This document shows positions 12,101 through 17,646 of a stretch of 64,000 nucleotides of DNA, in pieces (position 1 is the first letter of the stretch; each line of letters opens with the position of its first letter). The notes under the pieces were generated by a model. That model saw only the letters and a program-made list of their open reading frames with translations. It searched no databases and had not been told where the DNA came from. Position numbers and translations under genes: made by a program. The stretch lies in IMG/VR virus record IMGVR_UViG_3300049855_000348, positions 124,001 through 188,000 of that record; one strand, written 5' to 3'.

Positions 12101-12162
12101 TAGGAGTTGTCACCAAGGACAACCGAGCGGAAACCCGTATCTCCCATCCATGATTGTTTCAT
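178..12162 (-). CDS. Giant (3994 aa) repeat-built tail fibre / adhesin-like virion protein
   Basis: Uninterrupted 12-kb ORF, very rich in G/S/T/A. It contains recurrent modules GTIGGSIAxNQVAxGSGxNTIxGSA, PHGTAPSSPxxGDxWTT, STxTxTGAxVxxGGxGI and ASTExxDxxFxxxRTVQWATGALTTQRA, of the kind seen in long phage fibres. It sits in the late region. Confidence 0.8.
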   Translation of the reverse strand: MKQSWMGDTGFRSVVLGDNSYLAFAAPQADGDKSWLEAHSGPSRIGFYFDRTVAAEKMVTVVMGTDRLAVSVNGVEITGDAQVSGRVLANSSATRGGLNIAQSAAPSTPQDGDFWVESTGVFARRGGVTVQLDAGAGGSIGGSIAANQVAFGLGTNTIQGSANLTFDGTDFTNAAGVIIAKNIKRGTGTPEGVVTGSVGDIFQRTDGGTSTTLYVKESGAGNTGWVAVGAGGGGGTVTSVGLSLPSIFSVSGSPVTTSGTLTGTLTNQAANLVFAGPTSGGLAVPTFRALVAADLPAGTGTILGTLAATQIGYGSALDTLAGDATFTFNSTSKAVSFRYGQLDTGASVPALSEGRFYYDSDQNAMTYWNDVQVVHMGQESVALVRNSTGSTIAAGKVVYISGATGFRPNITLATNANSTGFRSIGIVTVPIANNSDGYVVTSGIASDVNTSAFSDGDMLWLTTSGTLTATQPTSPANQIRIGTVARAHPTLGKILVNVDVLPALTNISDVTITSPTTGDLLRYNGTLWVNSTLSAAGIIGGTIAVNQVAFGSGANTIQGSANLTFDGSLLTVNTSIEFSGTQRTITHSSGPAPGSVDGATFFSTGHIYIGVPTGTDFRVTVGSTLPIAASDGLLAVSADSTFTVAKTTGQTVTIRSTTASTTTLTGAVNIGDGSTVGTNVGIGGGNIVAGAAIGSLFVRIGVDPNVSLSSTTSRLNVYEVNATSTTLRANIIHRIASNGSGADTTLQFTDSIAFNSYISQTNGNLHIIAGTAGSNSVLVDNSTTSTSTTTGAFVVTGGAGINGDLFVGNGIHAGGGSYISGSTSDIALTIQGSAPRISWNHGGATVDNRFWDSYATSSGTFVLRALNDALNTASIAFEAVRSGSTVTHINFPETTSATSSTVGSITIGNGVAATSVAIGGGNIFAGGKLTLSGGANSEIFKVDSTSANGVYQLFYRSGTAPIIFGHYSAVSGGGGAISADAMGFRSTAGIGFMPGSSTLTMSIDTSGVLTSTSYFDFNYSDNSDILAKIQNYLGGTTSRAGLQLVGALGYNTSIFLTSDTYAALPALTTVYDVSGTRAFFSCVTASLASNRFLDADSSAGTVISGSLYKWTFGNKVTTIASASGGAGFNLPHGAVPSSPVDGDLWTTTTAAFVRINGATVQLGSGTIGGSIASNQVAYGSGTNTITGSANLTWNGSTLGLTGAISQGMTITDPGADVSPFLSDVTMVLTANNANRVMNRAIVRTSANAFNYTAAIGLRAVYGSVIHAGTGTVTGAVAGNFDIAVTAAGNMTNAFTIRAGGVSISAAGVIATARGIYLGAPQISGGGAITTYNALEIEPISGAGTNRAIYTQGAGLVVISDTTDASAIGTASVVLSGGLSVAKQLRTGGAVTVLMNGSLGSPAVTSGALYLEATGTTFNPALVCYDTVNLVEVAVGSFAGTAVVGTVTAHALNLRTTNANRLTIAAGTGDSSFTSTTASTNTSTGAVVIAGGLGVAGAANVGTVMGVGTSASASYILNLSASNSLTGTTQGGNIVFVRGSSAATTMVVGVSVAAATQNSAFTCNDVVTLLASPIVQGGASTITRVHQLALVDPNAGTNRAYLTISATTSPAVYTGSYAIYSASTYGSSFAGLVSILDSTDAGYTAGAAALFVAGGLAAAKTIRSTLTTAATNTITGALIIGDQTTAVTNVGIGGGNIYAGGRIFLTDGGAVGTPAYSFITNNTSGITYASGVAICEAGTRIATFANGAVTFSTAAPTTFQNTTASTSTSTGAVIISGGVGISGDAFVGGGVHARGGSYTTGATSDALITVQASIPRLGLNNGAATANNRFWDVLASSAGVFVIRAVDDALSVATSVLEATRSGSTVTVVNFPETTSATSSTVGSVTVGNGVAATNVAIGGGIIIAGTDPGGSNSVRAPSFCAANLLDFRGASQIKQINAYGTGDLELVTRTAGDAIKIYTGNGALAATFGSTQQLTVVSTIIAPAATTSISSVRLPHGTAPSSPTNGDVWTTTAGMFAQINGSTVGPFGAGGGTIGGSIASNQVAYGSGANTIQGSANFTYDGTTATIAGRMGIGGAGSSLNIIAIGATNPLSGVGQTAVGITLTGTSGGTSAVVGVSVSLGTSAVAYTASVVAGVQVLAHSLGSTSTITRAIGAYLADQTVGTNNATLLIGPSSTGFTGTYAIYSGNTNPSLFSGSVLTSASSTSRAGLNIPHGTAPSSPTDGDLWTTSAGGLFARINGVTVNYTAGGGTIGGSIASGQVAFGSGTNTIQGSATLTYTATTGLTLAPTAVATGVQTAFLVTGAANTNMTASTEVPDVNFNFARTVQWATGALTTQRAFLVQAPTYAFVGASTITTAATFAISGAPTAGTNATITNRYAFWVMNGISSFGAQVLLSGSQGVVTGSTAMLDIAPTSAAGNGTPRLVRVVGTPNTGITASTEVPDIDFSLNRTVQWATGTLTTQRAFLIQAPTYAFVGVSTINTAATFAITGAPASGSNAIINNAYTMWAQSGRSQFDGQVGFGGQQVSATTGQLEIAPSVAATSGTPKLIQVTAPANTGLSASSEVIDVLFGLGRAVQWATGNITSQRAFVITAPIYSFVAASTITNAATFAITGAPVASTNATITNTYALWVQAGISNFDDSVYFRGPHRSGTLGQVHIAPTASGVGTPKLLVIVGAASTGNTASTEVPDVDFNLSRTVQWSTGALTTQRAFVIRAPTYAFVGASTITTAATLSVTGAPAAGTNATITRGYAIRVEAGQYGGPNGSASLPTYSVGPTSNDTGMYNAGGAVGLSATGTQVLTASTSSVQAFVPYVALDGSASAPGITFTSPGNSTGIYYTDGIGFSYVGIGGMTIGGSASQTKGIVDIVSQSYSSAATADFRVAAGAHTAQTASTEASSIIFDLSATKTWAGGALTTQRAFRIAAPTYAFVSSSTITNAATVAISGAPAAGSNATITTSYALWIESGLLGTAASTTTVAGLRVPHGTAPSSPTNGDVWTTTAGMFARINGTTVGPFGSGGGTIGGSIAADQLAIGSGTNTISGSADLTYTVNGGLVFNRPAVSGGAPVAFSLNCANHTNNAASTEVNDVRWDFLRTVQWATGALTTQRAFRILQPTYAFVGASTITTAATVSIGGAPVAGTNATITTSVALDIESGLLRTAASTTSVSGFRLPHGTAPTSPVNGDVWTTTSGLFARINSSTVGPFGSGTIGGSISAEQIAFGSGVNTIQGSSELLYSSIDGLTLAPTAQGSGTPETFTIIGAANGAATGNTASTEVSDVNFALNRSVRWAAGTLTTQRFFSIKAPTITFASASTATTAATVAIDNAPQAGTNATITNAYALWVQAGNTRLQGNLTVTGTATLSTASISTLADISSTSGQANFYSATSVTVSDSNFVIAGNVAPGKQLNFQVDNHTGNTLTTFDTGAQTSSRTFTLPVVTGNDTFVTRGMTQTLSGINTFSNTTASTNKTSGAVVISGGVGIAGRVYLDTIFINPAAIASGTAANMLAIRFDGAAHTLTPASTELLDAWFNLARTVQFATTTPTTQRAVLISAPTYACSGAGQIITTAATFAIEGPAAAGTNVTITNPYALWVQSGKTQLDGPVTTGGTLTVNTDALIAGNGVGGKGGTLTSQTSGAWTFNCAIVGTIHNQGGAGQGAGGWSITQSAGTAAGGGTPMLRLIGGAHTGALASTEYNSVLFNFSATQQFNTGALTTQRCVLIMAPTYGFVGASTITTAATFAIDNAPAAGTNATLTNSYALWVQAGRSQFDGSIRITQPAGTGSPQQAFIILGGAHTSLTASTEIHDVNFSLDRTVQWATGAITTQRAFVVAAPTYAFVGTSTITSAATFAITGAPVAGTNATLTNSYALWVQAGRSQFNGAVLSNNATAGIGYSTGAGGAVTQITSRTTGVTLNTVAGAITLFTVAPTLNAWVSFTVTNSAVAATDTIVVSVKSGTNTYIACVSAVAAGSFRITFASIAGTASDAPVINFAVVKAVAA
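542..607. repeat. 66-bp perfect direct repeat, copy 1 (copy 2 at 869-934)
   Basis: aactgcgaacgaccagcctgcacccagagagcgtaggagttggtcagggttgcattggtaccagcg is identical at both positions, compared base by base. Confidence 0.95.
869..934. repeat. 66-bp perfect direct repeat, copy 2
   Basis: Identical to 542-607; offset 327 nt (109 codons), so in frame. Confidence 0.95.
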
Positions 12163-12172
12163 GACTTACCTA
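12163..12172 (-). promoter_or_regulatory. Candidate late promoter TAGGTA-agtc-ATG of the giant fibre gene
   Basis: Same TANNTA + 4 nt + ATG geometry as upstream of 15751, 23218, 38020 and 63296. Confidence 0.5.
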
Positions 12173-12182
12173 CGAAGAAGAG

Positions 12183-12206
12183 CCCGGGGAGGCGGACCTC
12201 CCCGGG
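12183..12206 (-). terminator. GC-rich hairpin, probable intrinsic terminator
   Basis: Perfect 10-bp stem cccggggagg/cctccccggg with a 4-nt loop, just after the 12216 stop; weak pyrimidine tail (CTCTTCTT) on the minus strand. Confidence 0.7.
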
Positions 12207-12215
12207 TGTTTGAGG

Positions 12216-12608
12216 TCACTCGTCGTTCAGGCTGAGCAGCATCAGCAGTTCGATGGCGTACTTGGTCACCATGAACGCACCCTGCTTCAGGTAATAGCGC
12301 ATGCAGGCGCGGACGGCTTCTTTTTCCTTGTCGGTCCACTCGACCTCGACCTTGGGATCGCCCCACTTGTTCAGGCGGATCTCATGGGCACTGGCGAGTT
12401 CATCCTTGTCCGGCTTCGGACGATCCGGCAGTTCAGGGATGGCTTCGCAGGCGGCGAACGAGCGGCAGATCAACTGACCCTGCTTGGCTTCGTCCTTGTA
12501 CCACTGCGTGGTGGGAAGGATCTCGGCGAGGACGCTGGCTGCGCCTACGGAGATGGTGTACTTGGTCTTGGTCGGCGTTGCGACCTTGGCGGCTTCTTCG
12601 GTGCTCAC
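12216..12608 (-). CDS. Hypothetical protein (130 aa), possibly a fibre-associated chaperone
   Basis: ORF with codon usage typical of this genome, directly upstream of the fibre gene; function inferred from position only. Confidence 0.75.
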   Translation of the reverse strand: MSTEEAAKVATPTKTKYTISVGAASVLAEILPTTQWYKDEAKQGQLICRSFAACEAIPELPDRPKPDKDELASAHEIRLNKWGDPKVEVEWTDKEKEAVRACMRYYLKQGAFMVTKYAIELLMLLSLNDE

Positions 12609-12683
12609 GGTTTATAATCCCCGGTGGGCGGTGAAGGATCTACGTTGTTCGGATTGAGCTACGAGATCTCCTTCGGTGTGATC

Positions 12684-13133
12684 CTATGTAAGCCCTTGCC
12701 GGTATTTTGATGCCCACTTGTAGAGCTTGTTGGGCGAGTAGCGGCAGGGCTTGGCACCCTCCAGCAGGCCGATCTTCTTCAGGGTGGCTACGGCCAGTTC
12801 AGAACAGAACCATTTGGTCTTATTCTCACGGCTGATGCCGAGGACCTGAGCCATCCACAGACCGAACCAATCGTAGCCGGAGCCCATCTCCCCAAGGAGA
12901 AAAGACTTCACCTCTTCGAGTTGGGCATCGGTGAGGGGGATGTCGACCGTGGTCCAGCGGTCGGGATCGAGCAGCCGACCCAAGGCGAACTGCGTGACGC
13001 CTTGCTGATCATTGGCCTCGATGACGTTTCCGTGCTCGAACAGCATCCCGACGTGGAAGTACGGACCACCAGTCCACAGGCAGATCAGACGCTCGAAGAT
13101 GTTGTGCGGACGCTTCTGAAAGATGAGTTGCAT
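12684..13133 (-). CDS. Permuted papain-like (NlpC/P60, YiiX/YaeF C92-type) amidase/peptidase
   Basis: His precedes Cys: YFHVGML ... GSGYDWFGL ... WFCSELA ... SPNKLY, the signature of circularly permuted NlpC/P60 enzymes. Confidence 0.85.
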   Translation of the reverse strand: MQLIFQKRPHNIFERLICLWTGGPYFHVGMLFEHGNVIEANDQQGVTQFALGRLLDPDRWTTVDIPLTDAQLEEVKSFLLGEMGSGYDWFGLWMAQVLGISRENKTKWFCSELAVATLKKIGLLEGAKPCRYSPNKLYKWASKYRQGLT

Positions 13134-13145
13134 GCCCGATATTTA
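13134..13145 (-). promoter_or_regulatory. Candidate late promoter gcTAAATA-tcgggc-ATG
   Basis: TAAATA matches the 3' six bases of the T4 late consensus TATAAATA, 6 nt before the ATG at 13133; no SD sequence. Confidence 0.55.
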
Positions 13146-13158
13146 GCGGGCGAACTGC

Positions 13159-13617
13159 TCACTTACCGGCACGACGGTTCTTCACGGCGATCCGCAGGGC
13201 ATCACGGCTGCGAGTGTCGCCACGCTGACGCATCTGGGCGACCTCTTCGTCGATGCTCATGGTCTCAGGCTGGTACTCGTGGGTCGTGGCAGAAGCCTGG
13301 GCTTTCGCCACCTTGGCCGGCTTCGAGACGATGTCAGTTGTGTATCGTTCGACCTTCTTGGAACACTTGGGTGGCTTTACCTCCAAAGCGGTTTCGTCGC
13401 TGGTCTGGAAGTCGAAGGTCCGTTCGTGGAAATCCCGCAGGCGCTCATGCCGTTCAGCCGTGAGGGGGAGACCCATCAGGCTTTCGTGGTTGAGGGAGCG
13501 GGCTTCTTGGAGGAGGGTGACGAGGGCGGCAGAGGTGTAAAGCATTGGGCGGGAGCATGTCAGTGCTTCCGCGTTTTCAATACGGCCATTCCTGGGCAGT
13601 TTCAGACAGGATCTCAC
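13159..13617 (-). CDS. Hypothetical protein (up to 152 aa; start may be the ATG at 13545)
   Basis: Fills the gap in a minus-strand operon; carries head-protein-like xxE motifs (LLQE, LNHES). Confidence 0.65.
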   Translation of the reverse strand: MRSCLKLPRNGRIENAEALTCSRPMLYTSAALVTLLQEARSLNHESLMGLPLTAERHERLRDFHERTFDFQTSDETALEVKPPKCSKKVERYTTDIVSKPAKVAKAQASATTHEYQPETMSIDEEVAQMRQRGDTRSRDALRIAVKNRRAGK

Positions 13618-13640
13618 CGCCAGTGGCGTTGGGTACCCAA

Positions 13641-15602
13641 TCAGCCAAAGATGCCGATGTCGAGCTTCCTGGCCTGCTCAGTGATCACTTGGTCGACCGG
13701 GCAGAACCAGAGGTACTTGTCGTTGTCGGACAGGACACCGTCCATGGTCTTGGTGGTGTAGCCGTTGACGATGGGCTGCATGATCCCAGTGCCGGAGAGC
13801 GGGTAGCTGGGATCGTTGTAGGGAGCGTTGAGGTTGAGCGGGACCTTCTTGAAGCCGAACTTCTTGGCAAGCTGGTCCGAGGTGAAGGAGCGAGGTGGAT
13901 TGGCACCACCCAGCTTCACCTTCTGCGCATAGGTGACCCACCAGAGGTTCTTCACCCCGTGAGCCTTGGCAGTGAGTTTGACGGCATGCATGGCCCAGCG
14001 AGGGAATTTGTCGACGACCTCACGCATGGCGGCGATGTCTTTTTGCCACTCTTGGGTCTCGGAAGACTCTGGGTCTCTCCTGTCGATACGAGCCCGGGCT
14101 TCGGCTGCATCCTTGAGGTGATGGTCGGCTTGCTTCTGAGCTTCTGCGAGTTTTTCCTTCAGGTCGTTGATCATCGCTAAAACATCATTTGGTTTGAACC
14201 ACTCATTGGTTCTAGCATGCACGCCAACTTCATTCAGTGCTTTTCTTGCTGCGAGCATATCTGGAATGACATCCAGCAGATTTTTAGGAAGCGTTGGGTC
14301 ATTCGTTGGTTTGAAAGAGTCCCAGGTGATATGCAAAATATCACCGAGCAACTTCTGTCTTTCTACTTCCAAGGCTCTCCAGCCAGCATCGTTGGCTTTG
14401 ACAATTTCATACCACTTTTCAACGAGTGGTAGAGCCTTCTGAGAGTCACCAACGTTCGCCATGGTACGATGAGCGGCTTTGGTCGAATCGTCATGAGCAT
14501 GCTGATGAGTCAGGGCGTTGTACTTCATGTTGCCAACCTGTGGATGCTCCAGGTTGTCGACATCCTGCTGTAGTTCTTCGATCAGCCAGTTCTCAGCATT
14601 GAGCTTGTCGATGCGTACCCAGCCAAAGGGACGGCTGCCACGATGCACTGACTTGTGATTGCTCTTCCGCAGATCCTTCATGAAAGCGTAGAGCTTCGGA
14701 TGCTCTGTCTTCCATTTCTTCTCGACGCTGGCTGGTAGTCCAACAGAGACTAAGGCTGAATCAGCACCTTTACCACGGATCATCTGAGCGTTGTGGTAGG
14801 TGCCACGGAAATCTTTCACGTGGCTCGTGGCGAACTTATCCTTCGGAGCCTTCATGATCTCCTGGTACTTGTCGGCACGGAAGACCTTTGAGCCGTGTTC
14901 GTTCGGCGAGATGACGCCGACCTTCTCCATCTCACGGAGCATGGTATCGATGTCGGCCTTCGATTGAGTCTTCAGTTTGGGACGCAGCTTCTCCCAGGAC
15001 GTGTCGGCGGTCGGTACCTCGTCTGGCATCCACTTCTGCCAGTGCTCGGTCATGGTTGGTCTCAGACCGACTTCTTTGCCGGTCTTCTTGGTGATCAGAC
15101 CCTTTGCCGCAGCAGCCTGTGCCTTCTCGCGTCTGACCTGCTTGATCAGGTTCTGGGCTCGCTCAACAGCGGTGGCATCCCACGGCACACGGGTGAACTT
15201 GTATTTGCCATCGACCGTGGTTCTGACTTCACGCTCTGGATTCATTCCAGAAGCGATGGAACCCACTTCTCGAATGATACGTTGCTTGGACTGATTCTCC
15301 AAACGATCAAACAGACTCTGGTGAATATAGAGTTTACCATTCACATGATCGATCATGGCTGATTCAATCGAGCCGCTGATCTCCTCATTGCTGTATTTTC
15401 TGGTCAGAGCTTCGTATAGGTTATCCGGGAAGTCTCTGTCCGACTGAACGACCTTTCTTACAAAATCGTCAGCCTCTTCACCACTCATACCGGTGACCAG
15501 ATCATCCAACTCTGAAGCCGTCCAATCACCCCACTCGCCAGTTGAAACGGCGGTGCTGAGCTTGTTCTTGAGATTGGCCTCTTCAAAGATGGCGTTGAGC
15601 AT
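13641..15602 (-). CDS. Hypothetical 653-aa multi-domain probable virion protein with a W-L-I-E-E-L-Q-Q-D motif
   Basis: Long ORF coupled to the upstream ORF by a TGATG overlap. PFGWVRID...WLIEELQQD resembles the EE-x-Q-S-D motif I recognise from large uncharacterised phage polyvalent proteins. Confidence 0.75.
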   Translation of the reverse strand: MLNAIFEEANLKNKLSTAVSTGEWGDWTASELDDLVTGMSGEEADDFVRKVVQSDRDFPDNLYEALTRKYSNEEISGSIESAMIDHVNGKLYIHQSLFDRLENQSKQRIIREVGSIASGMNPEREVRTTVDGKYKFTRVPWDATAVERAQNLIKQVRREKAQAAAAKGLITKKTGKEVGLRPTMTEHWQKWMPDEVPTADTSWEKLRPKLKTQSKADIDTMLREMEKVGVISPNEHGSKVFRADKYQEIMKAPKDKFATSHVKDFRGTYHNAQMIRGKGADSALVSVGLPASVEKKWKTEHPKLYAFMKDLRKSNHKSVHRGSRPFGWVRIDKLNAENWLIEELQQDVDNLEHPQVGNMKYNALTHQHAHDDSTKAAHRTMANVGDSQKALPLVEKWYEIVKANDAGWRALEVERQKLLGDILHITWDSFKPTNDPTLPKNLLDVIPDMLAARKALNEVGVHARTNEWFKPNDVLAMINDLKEKLAEAQKQADHHLKDAAEARARIDRRDPESSETQEWQKDIAAMREVVDKFPRWAMHAVKLTAKAHGVKNLWWVTYAQKVKLGGANPPRSFTSDQLAKKFGFKKVPLNLNAPYNDPSYPLSGTGIMQPIVNGYTTKTMDGVLSDNDKYLWFCPVDQVITEQARKLDIGIFG

Positions 15603-15751
15603 CAGATCTTCTCGATGAAGTTCTTGGTCTTGTCGATCGCTTCAGCAGCCTTCGAGCGCAGGTACTTGCGGACCTGCCAGATGGCTGCCAGAGACAGGCA
15701 GATGCTCAAAATGTTGGCGATGATGCCAGTGATCACAAGGAGCGTGTTCAT
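15602..15751 (-). CDS. Small single-TM membrane protein (49 aa, MNTLLVITGIIANILSICLSLAAIWQVRKYLRSK...), not in ORF track
   Basis: ATG at 15751 preceded by TAACTA-agcc; hydrophobic N-terminal helix followed by basic residues; its TGA overlaps the ATG of the 653-aa gene. Confidence 0.75.
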   Translation of the reverse strand: MNTLLVITGIIANILSICLSLAAIWQVRKYLRSKAAEAIDKTKNFIEKI

Positions 15752-15778
15752 GGCTTAGTTAGCCGGGAAACAGGCACC

Positions 15779-15816
15779 AAAAAAGAAGCACCCCGAGTCT
15801 TTCGACCCGGGGTGCT
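15779..15816 (-). terminator. Rho-independent terminator after the major capsid gene
   Basis: Minus strand AGCACCCCGGGTC-GAAA-GACTCGGGGTGCT followed by TCTTTTTT. Confidence 0.9.
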
Positions 15817-15846
15817 CGCCTAACCTTCAGGCTGCCTGATCAGAGA

Positions 15847-17406
15847 TCAGAGCGAACCGCCGAAGATCGTTCCACCGACACCGCCACTGCTGAACAGGTT
15901 GCGGACGTTGAGGGTGGCGTAGTAATACTGGCCATCCTCGACGAGGTGCTTGGCGTAGCGGCTGAGCATCGCCTTGCGCGGGGTGAAGTCCTCGGGATCG
16001 AGGATCGCATCGGTCATCAGGACCGGCACGTACGGCGCGTGGATGTACGCCGCTTCCAGTTGGCTCTGCGGCTTGCGACCGATGAGGATCTTGTTCCGTG
16101 GGAACGAGGTCATCACGAAGACCGTGTAGCGGTCTTCCAGGGTGCCGGCCTTGTAGACGGCAGCATCCGAAGGAGCGATGCTTCCAGCGCCCTTCCAGGT
16201 GTTGACGTTGGCGAAGCGGGCAGCGATTTCCGGGCCGGTGACGATGAAGTTCGCCGGGCCACGGTTGGTGAAGCGGTGGATCTGAGCAGCGACATCGTTG
16301 ATGCCGTGGATCAGAGCGATGTTGCGGTCCTTGAAGTTGCCGCTGACACCACCGACGACGCCGGTACCACTGGTCGCGTAGTCGAACTCGAAGCGCAGAC
16401 CAGCGATGCGGAGCAGATCGTTGATACCTTCACGGTTCACGTTCTGCGCCATCAGGTTGGTCATGATGCCGGTGAGTTCTTCTTCGAGATCGATGTCATG
16501 GTACGCACGGAAGTCCATCTCGGCCTCGGGGGTCCAGATGGTCTTCAGCTTGCGGGTCTTGGCCTTCAGCATTTCGCTGTCCATGCCGACTTCGACTTCA
16601 GGAATCGACGAGTTCTTTTCCAGGTCGAAGCAGTAGTCGATGGCAGCGATCAGCGTGGTGGTCGCACCGACGGTGTAACCGGTCAGCCATGCAGCCGACG
16701 CGGTGATGGTCAGTTGGCTCGAACCGTTCAGGCCGACAGTCGGCTGGACGGACAGGGTGAGGCCGGTCAGTTCGTTGTAGACGATGCTGAACGTGCCGCC
16801 CTTGGATTCGACGACCGCCTTGACGGTGTTCGTGTCCTGGTCGATCAGGCTGATGCGAACCGGGGTGAACGTGCCGGGCAGGGCTGCCGGGCTGGCCAGC
16901 GAGGTGAAGTTCAACGCCAGGGTGTTGATGTTGGCGTTGGTGATCGTCGAGCCGGAAAGCTCGTACTGGATCGATTCACTGTCGTAGTATTGATCCGCGT
17001 TCCACAGGTTGAACTGGGGAGCCGCGAAGCCCTTGGGACGACCGAGTTCGATCGCGCTGTTGACACCCGCACGGAGGCGGTTCTGGGTCAGGCGCTGACG
17101 GAGGTAGAACACCAAGCCGGTCGGCTGGGGGATCGCCTGCACGTTGCAGATATCCGGGAGGATGATCTGTTCGCCCCATGCCTTGCGGATGGTCGGCAGA
17201 GCGGTGCGGGTGAACGCAGCGATGTTGCCGGAGACGGTGTCTTCGTTGATGTTGCGGACTTCGTTGTCCAGGAGGCGGGCGCAGAGACGGGTGCGGCTGG
17301 AGTCGAGACCTTCGCAGAGTCCCGCCCACTGTTCGGTGAGGGTTTCGACTTCGCGCTTGTCGCTTTCCAGATAGTCCGAAATTTCGGCTTCAGAGAGGCG
17401 TGGCAT
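15847..17406 (-). CDS. gp23: Major capsid protein, T4 gp23-like
   Basis: gp23-type motifs VQAIPQPTGLVFYLR, AKTRKLKTIWTPEAEMD, EINREGI-like NVNREGINDL, APYVP and PRKAMLSRY; last gene of the head module; strong SD (AAGGAAA). Confidence 0.95.
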   Translation of the reverse strand: MPRLSEAEISDYLESDKREVETLTEQWAGLCEGLDSSRTRLCARLLDNEVRNINEDTVSGNIAAFTRTALPTIRKAWGEQIILPDICNVQAIPQPTGLVFYLRQRLTQNRLRAGVNSAIELGRPKGFAAPQFNLWNADQYYDSESIQYELSGSTITNANINTLALNFTSLASPAALPGTFTPVRISLIDQDTNTVKAVVESKGGTFSIVYNELTGLTLSVQPTVGLNGSSQLTITASAAWLTGYTVGATTTLIAAIDYCFDLEKNSSIPEVEVGMDSEMLKAKTRKLKTIWTPEAEMDFRAYHDIDLEEELTGIMTNLMAQNVNREGINDLLRIAGLRFEFDYATSGTGVVGGVSGNFKDRNIALIHGINDVAAQIHRFTNRGPANFIVTGPEIAARFANVNTWKGAGSIAPSDAAVYKAGTLEDRYTVFVMTSFPRNKILIGRKPQSQLEAAYIHAPYVPVLMTDAILDPEDFTPRKAMLSRYAKHLVEDGQYYYATLNVRNLFSSGGVGGTIFGGSL

Positions 17407-17546
17407 GTGAGTGTTTCCTTAGAAACGGGGGTTGGTGCTTGGCATCGACACGATGCTTCGCGGCAGCTTTGGACCCCCCTTCACCTACGCGCCCCTCGCA
17501 TACACACAGGGGGCTGTTGAGGCCGGTGAAGACCCTCGCTGATGTC

Positions 17547-17552
17547 TATGTA
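17547..17552 (-). promoter_or_regulatory. Candidate late promoter TACATA for the capsid gene (leader about 140 nt)
   Basis: Same hexamer as upstream of 18396, 30974, 38020 and 41777; lies between the upstream terminator and the capsid gene. Confidence 0.5.
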
Positions 17553-17589
17553 GGGTTAGCGACAAAGACGACTTGATCATGCACCACAG

Positions 17590-17622
17590 AAACGAAGAAA
17601 CCCCGGGATTTCCCGGGGTTTC
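17590..17622 (-). terminator. Intrinsic terminator after the gp22-like gene
   Basis: GAAACCCCGGG-AAAT-CCCGGGGTTTC followed by TTCGTTTCT on the minus strand. Confidence 0.85.
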
Positions 17623-17646
17623 GCTCGAATCCTGATCGGCTCAGGC

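Noticed and set aside
12609-12684. tRNA-like TAGCTCAAT in the leader of the 12608 gene
   Set aside because: No anticodon stem, no TTCGA T-loop and no acceptor pairing; better explained as an imperfect leader hairpin.
17559-17574. GCGAC half-site upstream of the capsid gene as a member of the palindrome regulon
   Set aside because: The right half (GACTT) does not match and there are no -35/-10 hexamers in register.
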